Shown here piece by piece: positions 19,483 through 30,683 of a DNA stretch of 64,000 nt; position 1 is the stretch's first letter, and every line of letters begins with the position of its first letter. The DNA is taken from positions 16,807 through 80,806 of the forward strand of contig CAVTOQ010000007.1 of NCBI GenBank assembly GCA_963736475.1. Reading direction: 5' to 3'. The notes under the pieces are model-generated. The model worked only from the letters and a program-made list of their open reading frames with translations, had not been told where the DNA came from and did not search any database. A program made the position numbers and the translations under genes. This stretch comes from Vulcanimicrobiota bacterium. GTDB taxonomy: Bacteria; Vulcanimicrobiota; Vulcanimicrobiia; Vulcanimicrobiales; Vulcanimicrobiaceae.

Positions 19483-21135
19483 CTACATGCCGATGTAGAC
19501 CGGGCCTTCGCCGCCCTGCGGCGGCACCCAGGTGATGATCTGATAGGGGTCCGCGATGTCGCAGGTTTTGCAATGGACGCAGTTGGTGAAATTGATTTGC
19601 AGCCGGCCTTGGAATTTGCCGTCCGCCGGCTCGAACATCGGCTCGTACACCGCGGCCGGGCAAAAATAACGGCACGGGTTTCCGTACTCGACCGTGCAGC
19701 GGTCGCGGCAGATGTCGGTGTCGGAGACGATCAGGTGGCACGGCTGATTTTCTTCGTGCATCGTCCCGCTGTTGTAGACGTCGGTGAGCTTGTCGAACGT
19801 CAGCACGTTGTCGATCGGCGCGCGAGGCGTCTCTTTCGGAGGCCAGCCCGCCTTCGCCATGCGCGCGTAGCCCGGCTCTCCCGGAAGCTTGTCGATGAAG
19901 CCGAAGCCGGCGCCTCCGGTGAGCGTCGAGAGCCCGGCATTGATCAGTCCGGACAGCAGACCCTTGGCGAATCCCTGATGGAAGTTGCGCGCGGTGCGCA
20001 GTTCGGCGAATGCCCACGAATCTTTGAAGCGGCGCTCGTACGACGAAAGGGTCGCGGCATCGTTGGTTCCGGCCTGTAGCGCCTCCCAAATCGTTTCCGC
20101 TGCGAGCATGCCGGACTTCATCCCCAGGTGAATTCCCTTGAGGCGCATGCCGTTGAGGAAGCCCGCCGAATCGCCGACGATCAGGAGCCCGTCGGCGTAC
20201 GCGCGCGGCATCGCGAAGAGTCCGCCTTCGGGAATCGCTTTCGCGCCGTAGCGGATCAGCTTCGCGCCCTCGAGCATTTTTCGCATGGCCGGGTGCAGCT
20301 TCATGCGCTGCAACTCGTTGTGCGGATCGGTCGTCGGGTTGCGATAATCGAGGCCCGTAACGAAACCGATGTCGAGCACGTTGTCGCGCATTCCATAGAT
20401 GAATCCGCCGCCGAACGTCTCGGGCGGCAGCGGATAGCCGAGCGTGTGAATCACCGCGCCGGCTTTGAAGCGGTCGTCGGGAAGCTGCCAGAGCTCCTTG
20501 ACGCCGGCGGCGTAGACCTGCGGCTCGCGCCCCGCCTCGAGAGCGAGGCGCGCCGCGGCCTGCTTCGCAAGCGTGCCGCGCGGACCTTCGCCCAGCACGA
20601 CGACCTTCGCCAGGATGTCGGCTCCCGGTTCGTAGTTGGCTTTCGGCTGCCGGTTGTGGTCGAGTCCCTTGTCGCCCGTACGCACGCCGATCACCCGATT
20701 TTCGTGCCACAGCAGCTCCTGGCCCGGAAATGCCGGAAAGACTTGCGCGCCCACCTCCTCGGCGCGATCGCCCAACCACTTGCACAGCTTCTGCAGCGAC
20801 GTAACGTATTTGCCGCGATTGCGCAGCGGCGGCGGGACGAACGGCGCCTTGATCTTGCCGCGCTTCGTCAAGAACCAAAGCTCGTCGCTCGTCACCGGCG
20901 ACTCTACCGGCGCGCTCTCGCGCCAGGCCGGCAGCAGCTCGTCGAGCGCTCGTGGATCCATGACGGCGCCGGAGAGCCCGTGATGGCCGATCTCTCCGCC
21001 CTTCTCGATCACCATGACTTCGAGCGCGCGGCCCGCTTCTTGGGCGAGCTGTCCGAGGCGAATCGCCCCCGCCAGGCTCGCCGGTCCGGCGCCTACGAAA
21101 AGAACGTCCACTTCGAGCCGATCGCGTTCCGGCAT
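19483..21135 (-). CDS. Electron-transfer flavoprotein:ubiquinone oxidoreductase (ETF-QO)
   Basis: Intact 550-aa ORF. The N-terminal FAD fold is DVLFVGAGPASLAGA. The C-terminal ferredoxin-like region is CVHCKTCDIADP. The sequence is ETF-QO-like along its length. Confidence 0.92.
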   Translation of the reverse strand: MPERDRLEVDVLFVGAGPASLAGAIRLGQLAQEAGRALEVMVIEKGGEIGHHGLSGAVMDPRALDELLPAWRESAPVESPVTSDELWFLTKRGKIKAPFVPPPLRNRGKYVTSLQKLCKWLGDRAEEVGAQVFPAFPGQELLWHENRVIGVRTGDKGLDHNRQPKANYEPGADILAKVVVLGEGPRGTLAKQAAARLALEAGREPQVYAAGVKELWQLPDDRFKAGAVIHTLGYPLPPETFGGGFIYGMRDNVLDIGFVTGLDYRNPTTDPHNELQRMKLHPAMRKMLEGAKLIRYGAKAIPEGGLFAMPRAYADGLLIVGDSAGFLNGMRLKGIHLGMKSGMLAAETIWEALQAGTNDAATLSSYERRFKDSWAFAELRTARNFHQGFAKGLLSGLINAGLSTLTGGAGFGFIDKLPGEPGYARMAKAGWPPKETPRAPIDNVLTFDKLTDVYNSGTMHEENQPCHLIVSDTDICRDRCTVEYGNPCRYFCPAAVYEPMFEPADGKFQGRLQINFTNCVHCKTCDIADPYQIITWVPPQGGEGPVYIGM

Positions 21136-21181
21136 AGGGGATTGCTAGTTAAACAGCGTCGAAGCAGAATCCTCAAAAACC

Positions 21182-22332
21182 ATGAACGCTTCAGCGCGCC
21201 GCAGTTTTGGCAGCGACAACAACGCGCCGGTGGCGCCCGAGATCCTGCAGGCGCTCGTCGCGGCAAACGACGGCGATGCGATCGGATACGGCGACGACGC
21301 ATGGACGGCCCGCGCGATCGACCGATTCAAGGAACATTTCGGCGAGGGCACGGACGTCTATTTCACCTTCAACGGCACCGGCGCGAACGTCGCCGCCCTC
21401 AGCTCGCTGCTGCGCCCGTGGGAGGCGGTGCTCGCGCCGGCCAGCGCGCACCTTCAGACCGACGAGTGCGGCGCCTTCGAGCGCTTTAGCGGCTCGAAGG
21501 TAATTCCGATCGCGACGAGTGACGGCAAACTGCGTCCCGCCGACCTCGAGCCGTACCTCAAGGCGGGGCACGACGTCCACTTCCCGCAGCCGCGCGCGCT
21601 CTCGATCTCGCAGGCTACCGAGCTCGGCGGCGTGTACGAGCTCGAGGAGCTGCGCGAGCTCTGCGCTTTCGCGCACGAACGCGGCCTAATCGTCCACGTC
21701 GATGGGGCGCGCATCGCGAACGCGGCCGTCGCGCTTGGCGTCACGCTGCGCGAGGCGACCGTCGACGCGGGCGTCGACGTGCTCACCTTCGGCGGCACGA
21801 AGAACGGGCTAATGCTCGGCGAGGCGATCTGTTTTTTCGACCCGCGGTCGCACGACGCGGCCGCGCCGTTCGTGCAGAAGCAAGCGATGCAGCTGGCTCG
21901 AAGATGCGCTACATCGCCGCGCAGTTCGAGGCGCTGCTGACGGACGATCGCTGGGCACGCTATGCCGCGCATGCCAACGCGATGGCGACTCGCCTGCACG
22001 AGCGTGTGCGCGACGTCCCGGGCGTGCGCGTCACGCGGCCGGTGCGCTGTAACGCGGTGTTCGCGACGCTCGACCGCGCCGCGATCGACCGCATCCGTGA
22101 CGAATTCTTCTTCTACGTGTTCGACGAGACGCTGCCGGAGGTGCGCTGGATGACCCATTGGGCGACGACGCCGCAAGACGTCGACGAGTTCGCCGCCTGC
22201 GTCAAGGCCGCGACGGCGGCTCCTCGCCGTGGAAATAGTCGAGCTGCGGACTCGCCGCGACCATCAGCGAGCGGAGGCCGTCCACGAGCGGCGCGTCGGT
22301 GTCGAGCGAGCAGCTTGTCCGAATCCGGATAG
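21182..22332 (+). pseudogene. ltaE: Low-specificity L-threonine aldolase, one frame change near 21900; 3' end uncertain
   Basis: The N-terminus FGSDNNAPVAPEIL and the PLP-Lys region TFGGTKNG lie in ORF 21182..21940. The C-terminal part YIAAQFEALLTDDRWARYAAHAN... lies in ORF 21904..22332. The listed end overlaps the convergent cupin gene, so the true stop may be earlier. Confidence 0.75.
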
Positions 22333-22708
22333 TAGCACGCCTCGACTTCTTCGGTGCGCGCCAAGGAGCAGACGGTCGCGGGCGCATCGCTCTCGTTGAG
22401 GAGCTGATGCGTCCCGCTCTCGCCGACCGGCAGGGCGACGAAGTCGCCCTTGCGGCAGCGGATCGTTCCTGCCAAGGTGCGCACGCTCGGCTCGCCATCG
22501 AGCACGAAAAATAGCTCCTCCTCCCGCGCGTGGGCGTGCAGCGGGCAAAAGCGCTGGCCCGGTCCGAGCGTGCTGACGCGATAGCCCAGCCTGCGCGCGC
22601 CGATCGCGAAGCCCACCTCCGCGTCGCGAAGTTATAGAGTCCCGGCTGCTCCGCGTGTTCGTCGCGTTCGTCGCGAACGTCCAGCTCATCGACGTTGATC
22701 CGATGCAC
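22202..22708 (-). pseudogene. Cupin-domain protein, central part in a different frame from both ends
   Basis: GTG 22708 gives VHRINVDELDVRDE...PGLYNFAT in the frame of ORF 22202..23284. The core GFAIGARRLGYRV...CPLHAHAREEELFFVLDGE...GDFVALPVGESGTHQLLN is in ORF 22113..22616. The tail LDTDAPLVDGL...DYFHGEEP returns to the first frame. Confidence 0.6.
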
Positions 22709-23290
22709 TCGGCGCCGGCGCGCGCATAGAGCAGCCGGTACAGCGCAGCGTACGCGTCGGCGAAGATCGGCTGCCCGCAGCGACGAGCAGCAGCCTCCGG
22801 GATTCTCGCGCAGGATCGCGCGCAGCCCGAGGGCTGCACTTTGCGCGTCCGCGTACTCGTCGTCCGGAGGCATCGACGAGGCGCCGGCCGGCGAGCCGAG
22901 CGAGCGAGTCGCCGCCGCGCACGACGATCCGCGGCTCGGCGACGTATCGCGAACTCGTGCGCCCTGCGCTGATGCGCGAGCCGGATCGCGACGGCGCCCG
23001 CGAAGAGCAGCCTCGCGATGCGCCGGCGCCGCAACGACGTCGGCGCCGTAGTACGCGCGGCGATCGTTTCCGCCGCGCTCCGGCGCTCCGGCGTCATGAC
23101 GACGACGCGCGCGACGCCGCCGAGCTGCTCGATCTGGTCCGTGCGCCGCCTCGTCGAGCGGCAACGGATCGATGAGCGCGTTCCCGGCGCTCGGCGACGA
23201 ACAGGTAGCGCATTCGCCGCGGACGGCTCGGCGCGAGTGGCCGCGTGGACGCGTACGCTTCGGGATGCACAGTGGCTGCAGCATGACGGA
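22709..23290 (-). pseudogene. Frame-scrambled ORF remnants of unknown function
   Basis: Sensible peptide stretches are scattered over all three minus frames (LIDPLPLDEAAHGPD / QIEQLGGVARVVVMTPE / YYGADVVAAP / GQPIFADAYAALYRLLYA). No family assignment is possible by eye. Confidence 0.25.
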
Positions 23291-23297
23291 AACTTCT

Positions 23298-24539
23298 CTA
23301 CGCCGTCCACTCCAGCATCGCTTCCCACTCCGGCTTGGGAAAGCGCTGCTTGGACTTGATCGCTTCGACGTATTTGCGCTTGCCGGCGCGATTGCCCTTA
23401 CCGAGCATCAGACCGCCGACCAGCCGATCCTCCCAGAAGAACAGCGCGCGATACCACTTCTTCTCGCGATCGATCTTGCGCCGGATCTCCAGATCCTGGC
23501 GCAGATCGGTCCCCAGGCCGAACTGCGTGATCGTCTGCCCCTTGAAGAGCAGCGACGAGTACTCGGGAACGTCGTGATACTTCTCGCTGCCGCCCATCAT
23601 GTTCTGCGCGGCGACCTTGCCGTGCGCGCCGGCGTTGTTCCAGGTTCCCATGCGATAGCGTATCTCGAGGATCGGATCGTAAAAATCCGCGACGTCGCCG
23701 GCGGCGAAGATGCCCTTCACGTTGGTCTCCAGATGATCGTCGCAGAGGATGCCGTTCTTGCTCGTTTCGATCCGGAGCCGTCGCAGATCTCGGTGTTCAT
23801 CGCCAGCCCGAAGCCGTACGCGTAGCATTCCGCGGCGATCTCGTCGCCCTTGCTCGTCCGCACCTTCGTAATCACGCCGTTGGAGCGCACGAACTCCGCA
23901 ACTTCTTCGCCGTAGTGCATGTGCACGCCGTCGGCGGCGGCCGCTTCGTGCAGCAGCTCGCCGGCCTCCTCGTCGATGATGCGATGCAGGCCGCGCGGGC
24001 CGCGCATCAGCCAGTGCGTCTCCAGCCCGCGCGACGCGAACGCCTCGGCCAGCTCGTAGGCGATGAACGACCCGCCGATCGCGACGGCCGGCGCGGCTGC
24101 GGTCGATTTGCTCGGAGATGGCGCGCGTGTCGTCGAGATACTGAAACGGAAAGAGATTCGCCGCGCCGTCGGCGCCCGGCTTGCCGGTCGGGATTGGGCC
24201 GTCCGCCGGTCGCGATCAGCAGCGCGTCGTACGGATAGGACTGGCCGTCGGCCTCGACGACGCGTTCCTGCGGAATGACGCGCTCGACGTGCGTGCGCAG
24301 GCGCAAGTCGATCCGATGCTCCTCGTGCCAGGCGAGGTTGCGGATCATCACTTTGGCCTCGGGAATCTGCTGGCGCAGCATCGGAGGAAGCGAGATGCGA
24401 TTGTAGAGCGTGTACGGCTCGTCGCCGAACAGCGTGATCTCGCACGCCGGATCGTGCTTGCGCAGCTGCTCGGCCGCCGTCGTTCCGGCAAAGCCGTTGC
24501 CGACGATGACGTAACTGCGCGGAATTCGGAGTTCGTCAC
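23298..24539 (-). pseudogene. FAD/NAD(P)-dependent pyridine nucleotide-disulfide oxidoreductase, several frame disruptions
   Basis: Dinucleotide folds are YVIVGNGFAGTTAAEQL and VAIGGSFIAYELAEAF. FAAGDVADFYD is near the C-terminus. Pieces lie in ORFs 24007..24381, 23717..24445 and 23298..23828. A probable GTG start overlaps the stop of the M20 gene (GTGA at 24536-24539). Confidence 0.7.
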
Positions 24540-25683
24540 GACGCGCGCAAAGCGAGGCCGAGCATCATCTCGTAACCGACCTCGAGGGCGCGCTCGTCGA
24601 TATCGAAACGCGCGCTGTGCTGCGGCTCCGATGCCGATGCTCGGTCCGCGCGACTCCGACGAGAAAGTACGCGCCCGGGCGCTGCTGCTGCATGAACGCC
24701 ATGTCTTCGGACCACATGACGATCTCGTGCGGGTCGACGACGTTCTCGGCGCCGACGACGCTCGCGGCCGACGTCGCGCACGACGTCGTTGACTGCCGCG
24801 TCGTTGACGGTCGGCGGATAGACCCAGTGATACTCGAAGCGATACTCGAGCCGCATCGCCTCGCACAGCGCCGCGAATCATGCGCTCGATGCGCTCGGGC
24901 AGCTCCTTGCGCACGCCTCGTCGAACGCGCGCACCGTTCCCTGCAGGTGCGCGCGCTCCGGGATGACGTTGAACGTCGTGCCCGCGTGCAGCGACCCGAC
25001 CGTTACGACGACCGGATGCTGCGGCGCGATCTCGCGGCTCGCGATCGTCTGCAGCATCGTGACCAGCTGCGCCGCGCCGACGACCGGATCGACCGCCGAC
25101 TGCGGCATCGCGCCGTGGCCGCCCTTGCCGATCAGCTCGATGTCGAAGCGATCCGACGACGCGAAGAAGGCGCCGTCGCGAATGCCGATCTTGCCGGCGT
25201 CGAGTCCGCTGTAGAGGTGCAGCGCGAACGTGCGATCGACGTGCGGATTCTCGAGCGCGCCGTCCTCGATCATGAGCTTGTTTCCGGCGAATCCTTCCTC
25301 GCCCGGCTGAAAGCAGAACACGAGCGTGCCGGGGACCTCGTCGCTTGCCGCTCGAGCAGCGTGCGCGCGCGCGCCAGGAGAATCGCCATGTGCGCGTCGT
25401 GACCGCACGCATGCATGACGCCGCCGTTGCAGCGAGCGGTAGGGCACGTCGTTGAGCTCTTCGACGGGCAGCGCGTCCATGTCGGCGCGCAGCAGCGTCA
25501 CCGGCCCGGGTCGCGCCGCCTCGCAGCGTCGCGAGGATGCCGGTCTTGCCGACGCCCGCTGCGAATCGCGTCGAAGCCGAATGCGCGCAGCTCGCGCTCG
25601 ATGAAGGCGGCCGTCTCGTGCTCCTCCAGCGAGAGCTCGGGATGCGCGTGAAAATGGCGCCGGTAGCGGACGAGCTCGTTCAC
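24536..25683 (-). pseudogene. M20-family amidohydrolase (N-acyl-amino-acid/hippurate hydrolase type), several frame disruptions
   Basis: RRHFHAHPELSLEEHETAAFI lies in ORF 25498..25683. LRADMDALPV, FQPGEEG and IGKGGHGAMP lie in ORF 24878..25501. The tail FDIDERALEVGYEMMLGLAL lies in ORF 24536..24856. Confidence 0.8.
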
Positions 25684-25806
25684 GGAAGATAGTTCAGCCG
25701 ACTTCCAGCGTGCCTATGACGGACGCCGGATCGACGCGCGCGAGGACCCAGCAGAGGCGCCACGAGCGATCCGAGCGCCGCGAGAAGCGCTGCGGCCCTG
25801 CGAAGC

Positions 25807-26926
25807 ATGGCTTCGCCTTTTGGGCGCATCCCTCGTCGTCACCTTCGGCGCAGGATTTCGCCCCGAGCACGCGACTACCCGTCGTGGCCCTCGAGCGTCC
25901 GCGGAATCGAAGACGCAGCCCCCTTCGACCGCCATGGATTGACCGACGAGCAGCTCGTAGCGATGTTCCGCACGATGCTGATGCAGCGCACGCTCGAAAA
26001 CCGCGGCTTCCAACTCAACCGGCAAGGAAAGATTCCGTTCGCGTCCGCGAGCGAGGGGCACGAGGCCGTTCAGGCCGGCGCGGCGATGGCGTTCGAGCGC
26101 GGCAAGGACATCCTGGTGCCGTACTATCGCGACCTCGGGCTTGGAGCTCGGAATCGGCCTGACGCCCGTACGAGGTGCTGCTCTCGCTCTTCGCGCGAGC
26201 GGCCGACCACTCGGCGGGGCGCCAGTTCCCGCACCACTACGCGAGCCGCGCGCTCGGGCTGCACACGATCAGCTCGGTGATCGCCGCGCAGCTGCCGCAC
26301 GCCGTCGGCGCCGCATATGCGCTGCAGTATCGCGGCGAGCGGGCCGCGCGGTGCTCACGACGTTCGGCGACGGCGCGACGAGCGAAGGCGAGTGGCACGA
26401 GTCGGTCAATTTCGCCGCGGTCCACCGTCTGCCGATCGTCTTTCTCTGCGAAAACAACGAGTGGGCGATCTCGACGCCGCTCTCGCAGCAGATGGCGCCA
26501 GCCCGACGTCTACAAGCGCGCGGCCGGCTATGGCATTCCCGGAGCCGTCGTCGAACGGCATGGATCCCGATCGCCTGCTACGCGGTCGTAAAGGAGGCGC
26601 TCGACCGGGCGCGCTCGGGCGGCGGCCCGACGCTCGTCGAAGCCAAGTGCTATCGCTTCCTCTCCCACACGACCGACGACGACGACCGCACCTACCGTTC
26701 GCGCGAGGAGGTCGAGGAGCGCCGCAAGGACGACCCGGTGCCGGGCTTCGAGCGCCTCTTGATCGAGCATGGCGATCCTCACCGCGAAGAGCGCGGAAGC
26801 ATTGAAGCGTTCCGTGCTCGAAGAAGCCAACGACGCGACCGACCGCGCCGAGGCGATGGCCTATCCGGCGGCGGCGACCTCTACGAAAGGGTCTACGCCG
26901 AGGGCTGGCAGCCGTGGCGCGAATGA
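25807..26926 (+). pseudogene. 2-oxoacid dehydrogenase E1 alpha subunit, copy 1; about 8 frame disruptions
   Basis: Pieces lie in ORFs 25807..26280, 26175..26591, 26141..26926, 26317..26805 and 26769..26996. The TPP motif is GDGATSEGEWHESVNFAAVHRLPIVFLCENNEWAIS. It ends YAEGWQPWRE at 26926. The start is uncertain; ATG 25807 is the only in-frame ATG. Confidence 0.75.
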
Positions 26927-26947
26927 GGAAGCAGAACGTGGAGAACG

Positions 26948-27982
26948 ATGGCTAGCACCGACATCGCGACCGGAACGCTCGAACGTCACGGCTTGAGCGA
27001 CGAGCAGCTGCGCGACGATTTTTCGCAACATGCTGCTGCAGCGCCAACTCGACAATCGCGGTTTTCAGCTCAACCGCCAGGGCAAGGTTCCGTTCGCGCT
27101 CGGCAGCGAGGGGCACGAAGCGCTCCAGGCCGGCGCGGCGATGGCGTTCAACCGCGGCAGCGGACATTCTCGCGCCGTACTATCGCGATCTCGGGCTCTG
27201 CCTCGGCATCGGGCTCTCGCCCTACGAGATCATGCTCTCGATCTTCGCGCGCGCCGAGGATCACAACGGCGGCCGGCAATTCCCGAATCACTACTCGTCC
27301 AAAGCGCGCCGGCCTGATGTCGTTCTCCTCGATCTTGGCCGCGCATCTTCCGCACGCCGTCGGCGCCGCGTACGCGATGCAAGTATCGCGGCGAAACCGG
27401 TCGCGCCGTCCTGGCGACCTGCGGCGACGGCACGACGAGCGAAGGCGAGTGGCACGAGTCGATGAACTTCGCGGCCGTCCACAAGCTGCCGTTCGTGATG
27501 CTGGTCGAAAATAACGAGTGGGCGATCTCGACGCCGCTCGACAAGCAGATGGCGCAGCCCGAAATTTGGAAACGCGCCGCAGGCTACGGCATGCCGGGCG
27601 CGCGCTTCAACGGTTTCGATCCCATCGAGACGTACGCCGCCGTGAAGGAAGCGATGGATCGCGCGCGGGGCGGCGGCGGCCCGACGCTCGTCGAGGGCAC
27701 GTGTTACCGCTATCTCGCGCACTCCACCGACGACAACGACATGACGTACCGCACGCGCGAGGACGTGCTGGAGCGTCGCAAGCAGGATCCGGTGCCCGCG
27801 TTCGAGGCGCTGCTCCTCGAGCACGGGATCATGAGCGCAGACGACGTCGCAGCGATGCGCAAAGACGTCCTGCGCGAAACCAACGAGGCCACCGACGCGG
27901 CCGAGGCGCTGCCCTATCCGGCGGCCGCCGAACTCTACACGCACGTCTCTACGAAGGAGCCTGGCAACCGTGGCAGTCGTGA
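26948..27982 (+). pseudogene. 2-oxoacid dehydrogenase E1 alpha subunit, copy 2 (tandem paralogue); several frame disruptions
   Basis: ATG 26948. Pieces lie in ORFs 26948..27514, 27030..27317, 27232..27465, 27462..28079 and 27518..27982. The TPP motif is GDGTTSEGEWHESMNFAAVHKLPFVMLVENNEWAIS. It ends YEGAWQPWQS. It looks about two-thirds identical to copy 1 by eye. Confidence 0.8.
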
Positions 27983-28981
27983 GCAGCACGAGCTCGACCG
28001 TGATGAACAACGTCGAGGCGGTTCGCGCGACGCTCTACGAAGCGATGAAGAGCGACGATCGCACGCTGATTCTCGGTGAAGACGTCGGCGCGCGCGGCAA
28101 CGTCTTCCTGATCACGAAGGACTTCATCAACGAGTTCGGGCCGGAGCGCGTCATCGACACGCCGATCGCCGAGGCGTCGATCGTCGGCATCGCCGTCGGC
28201 ATGGCGATGGAAGGATTGCGGCCGATCGCCGAGATTCAGTTCGCCGATTTCATCTATCCGTCGTATCAACCAGATCGTCGGCGAGGCGGCGAAGATGCGC
28301 TACCGCTCCAACGGCGAGTATACGTGCCCGCTCGTGATCCGCACGCCGTACGGCGGCGGCGTCCGCGGCGCGCTCTCGCACTCCGTTTCGGTCGAGGCGC
28401 TCTTCTATCACGTGCCCGGGCTCAAGATCGTCGCGCCGGCGTTCCCGGCCGACGTCAAAGGGTTGCTCAACGCCGCGATCGACGATCCCGATCCCGTGCT
28501 CTTTCTCGAACACAAGAAGACCTATCGCCTGATCAAGGGCGAGGTGCCGAACGGCCACTACACGATCCCGCTCGGCAAGGCCAACGTCCTCAAAGAGGGC
28601 ACGCAGCTGACCGTCGTCTCGTACGGGCTCTACGTCCACTGGGCGCTGGAGGCTGCGCCGCCAGCTCGAGCAGGACGGCATCTCGGTCGAGGTCGATCGA
28701 CCTGCGCTCGATCCGGCCCATGGACAAGACGACGATCCTGCGACAGCGTCGAGAAGACGCGCAAGCTGCTGATCATTCACGAAGACAACAAGTTCGGCGG
28801 CATCGGCGCGGAGATCAGCGCGATGGTCGCCGAGGAGGCGCTGTTCAATCTCGACGCGCCGATTCGCCGCCTGTGCGGACCCGACGTTCCCGCGATGGGT
28901 TACGCGCTGCCGCTCGAGGAAGAGTTCATGTCGTCTCCGGCCGAGATGGCCGACGCGATGCGAGAGATGGTGAAGTTCTAA
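27970..28981 (+). pseudogene. 2-oxoacid dehydrogenase E1 beta subunit, frame-disrupted
   Basis: MNNVEAVRATLYEAMKSDDRTLILGEDVG and VIDTPIAEASIVG lie in ORF 27970..29982. The remainder (YRSNGEYTCPLVIRTPYGGG..., IIHEDNKFGGIGAEI) lies in ORF 28295..28981, with an internal excursion near 28650-28750. Confidence 0.85.
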
Positions 28982-30293
28982 TGGCCACTACGATCACGAT
29001 GCCGCAGCTCGGCGAGACGGTGACCGAAGGCACCGTCGCACAGTGGCTGAAAAAGATCGGCGACACGCGTCGAAAAGTACGAAGACTTCGTCGAAGTCTC
29101 GACCGAAAGGTCAACGCCGGCGTTCCTTCGCCGGTCACCGGAACGATCCGCGAACTCCTCGTCAAGGAAGGCGAAACGGTCGCGACCGGCACGCCGATCG
29201 CGGTCATCGACGAAGCTCGGCGCCGCGCCCGCGCGCGACGGAGGCCGCGCCGGCTGCCCGCGCGCGTCGGAAGCTCCGGCGTCCGCACGCCTGCGCAAGC
29301 GCCGCGCCGTCCGGAAACGGCCGCCGCGGCTGGCGGCGACGGCCGAGGACGCCTGCGCGGCGCTCGCCTGCGGTGCGCCGTCTGGCGCGCGAGCATCGCG
29401 TCGATATTCGCACGCTGCGCGGGCAGCGGCGCAAACGGGCGCGTCACCGCCGACGACGTGCTCGCCGCCGCGCCGCACCGTCGTTTCCGCGGTCGCAGGC
29501 CGCGCCGCTCGTCGCCGGCCGCCGCCGCCAGCGCCGGTACCGAGCCCGCGGCCGCACCTCGACCTACGCGCAACCGATTCCGAGGAACGCTGATTCCGCT
29601 GACGCAGGCGCGCCGGATCATCGCCGAGCGCATGGTCGAGAGCAAACACACCGCGCCGCACGCCTGGTCGATGGTCGAGATCGACGTCACCGACGTCTGG
29701 GAGTGGCGCGTGCGCGAAAAGGACCGCTTCGAGCGCGAGACCGGCTACAAGCTCACGCTGCTGCCATTCTTCATCCGCGCGGTCGTCGAGTCGCTCGACG
29801 CATTCCCGCTGATGAACGCGAAGTTCGTTCCTGCGACGGAGGCGCGGCGCCGGCGATCTACGTCAACGAGGCCGTCAACATCGGCATCGCCATCGGCCTG
29901 CCGACGAATCTCGTCGTCCCCGTCATCAAGAACGCCGACCAGCTCTCGATCAAGGGAATCGCGATCGCGGCCGGCGAGCTGATCGACAAGGCGCGCAAGG
30001 GCAAGCTCGGCGTCGACGACCTCGCCGGCGGCACGTTCACCGTCAACAACAACGGCGCCAACGGCTCGTGGGCGTCGGCGCCGATCATCAACGCCGGCCA
30101 GGCCGGCATCGTCACGATGGAGGCGGTCATCAAGAAGCTCGTCGTGCGCGACGACGACACGATCGCCATCCGCCGCATGATGAACTCGTGTCTTTCGCTC
30201 GATCATCGCGTCGTGGACGGCTACGTCGCGAGCGGCTTCCTGGCGGAGCTCAAGCGCCGCCTCGAAGCCATGCGGCCGCAAGGGGACGTCTAG
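28981..30293 (+). pseudogene. Dihydrolipoamide acyltransferase E2, multiple frame disruptions
   Basis: ATG 28981 overlaps the E1 beta stop (TAATG). The lipoyl domain begins MATTITMPQLGETVTEGTVAQWLKK. The catalytic domain ends FTVNNNGANGS...LSLDHRVVDG in ORF 29043..30293. The Ala/Pro linker region is scrambled. Confidence 0.85.
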
Positions 30294-30296
30294 TAG

Positions 30297-30680
30297 CTCC
30301 GCCTGCAAATCCGCAAGCATTTCCGCTTTGAGGCGGCGCACGTGCTTCCGTTCCATCCCGGAAAGTGCGCGCGCATGCACGGCCACTCGTATCGTCTCGA
30401 GGTCGCGGTCCGCGGGCCGCTGCGCTCGCGCGGCCCGGCGCGCGGGATGATCGAGGATTTCGACAAGATCGAGCGCGATCGTCGGCGAGCGCGATCCTCG
30501 ACGCGCTCGACCATCATAACTCTCAACGATGTCATCGAGAACCCGACGGTCGAAAACATCGTGCTGTGGATCTGGAAGCGGCTCGAACGCGACCTGCGCG
30601 GCCTGGACGAGCTCGTGCTCTGGGAGACGCCGACGGCCTGCGCCGTCCTGCGCCGCAGCGACATATCTCGCCTGACGTAG
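30297..30680 (+). pseudogene. queD: 6-carboxytetrahydropterin synthase QueD, three frame hops within about 70 nt; no canonical start
   Basis: The frame opens right after the E2 stop and reads LRLQIRKHFRFEAAHVLPFHPGKCARMHGHSYRLEV. IVGER and ILDALDHHN are each in a different frame (30468-30530). The original frame then resumes with LNDVIENPTVENIVLWIW. The track ORF start (GTG 30342) would cut the conserved FRFEAAH. Confidence 0.75.
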
Positions 30681-30683
30681 TCG

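Noticed and set aside
25680-25808. 42-aa minus-strand mini-ORF (MLRRAAALLAALGSLVAPLL...) whose TGA overlaps the GTG of the M20 amidohydrolase and whose ATG shares a CATG palindrome with the plus-strand ATG 25807
   Set aside because: It is plausible as an upstream coupled ORF. However, it is Ala/Leu/Arg-rich as expected by chance in this GC content, has no SD and no homology clue, and lies in the error-rich region. The evidence is not strong enough to call.
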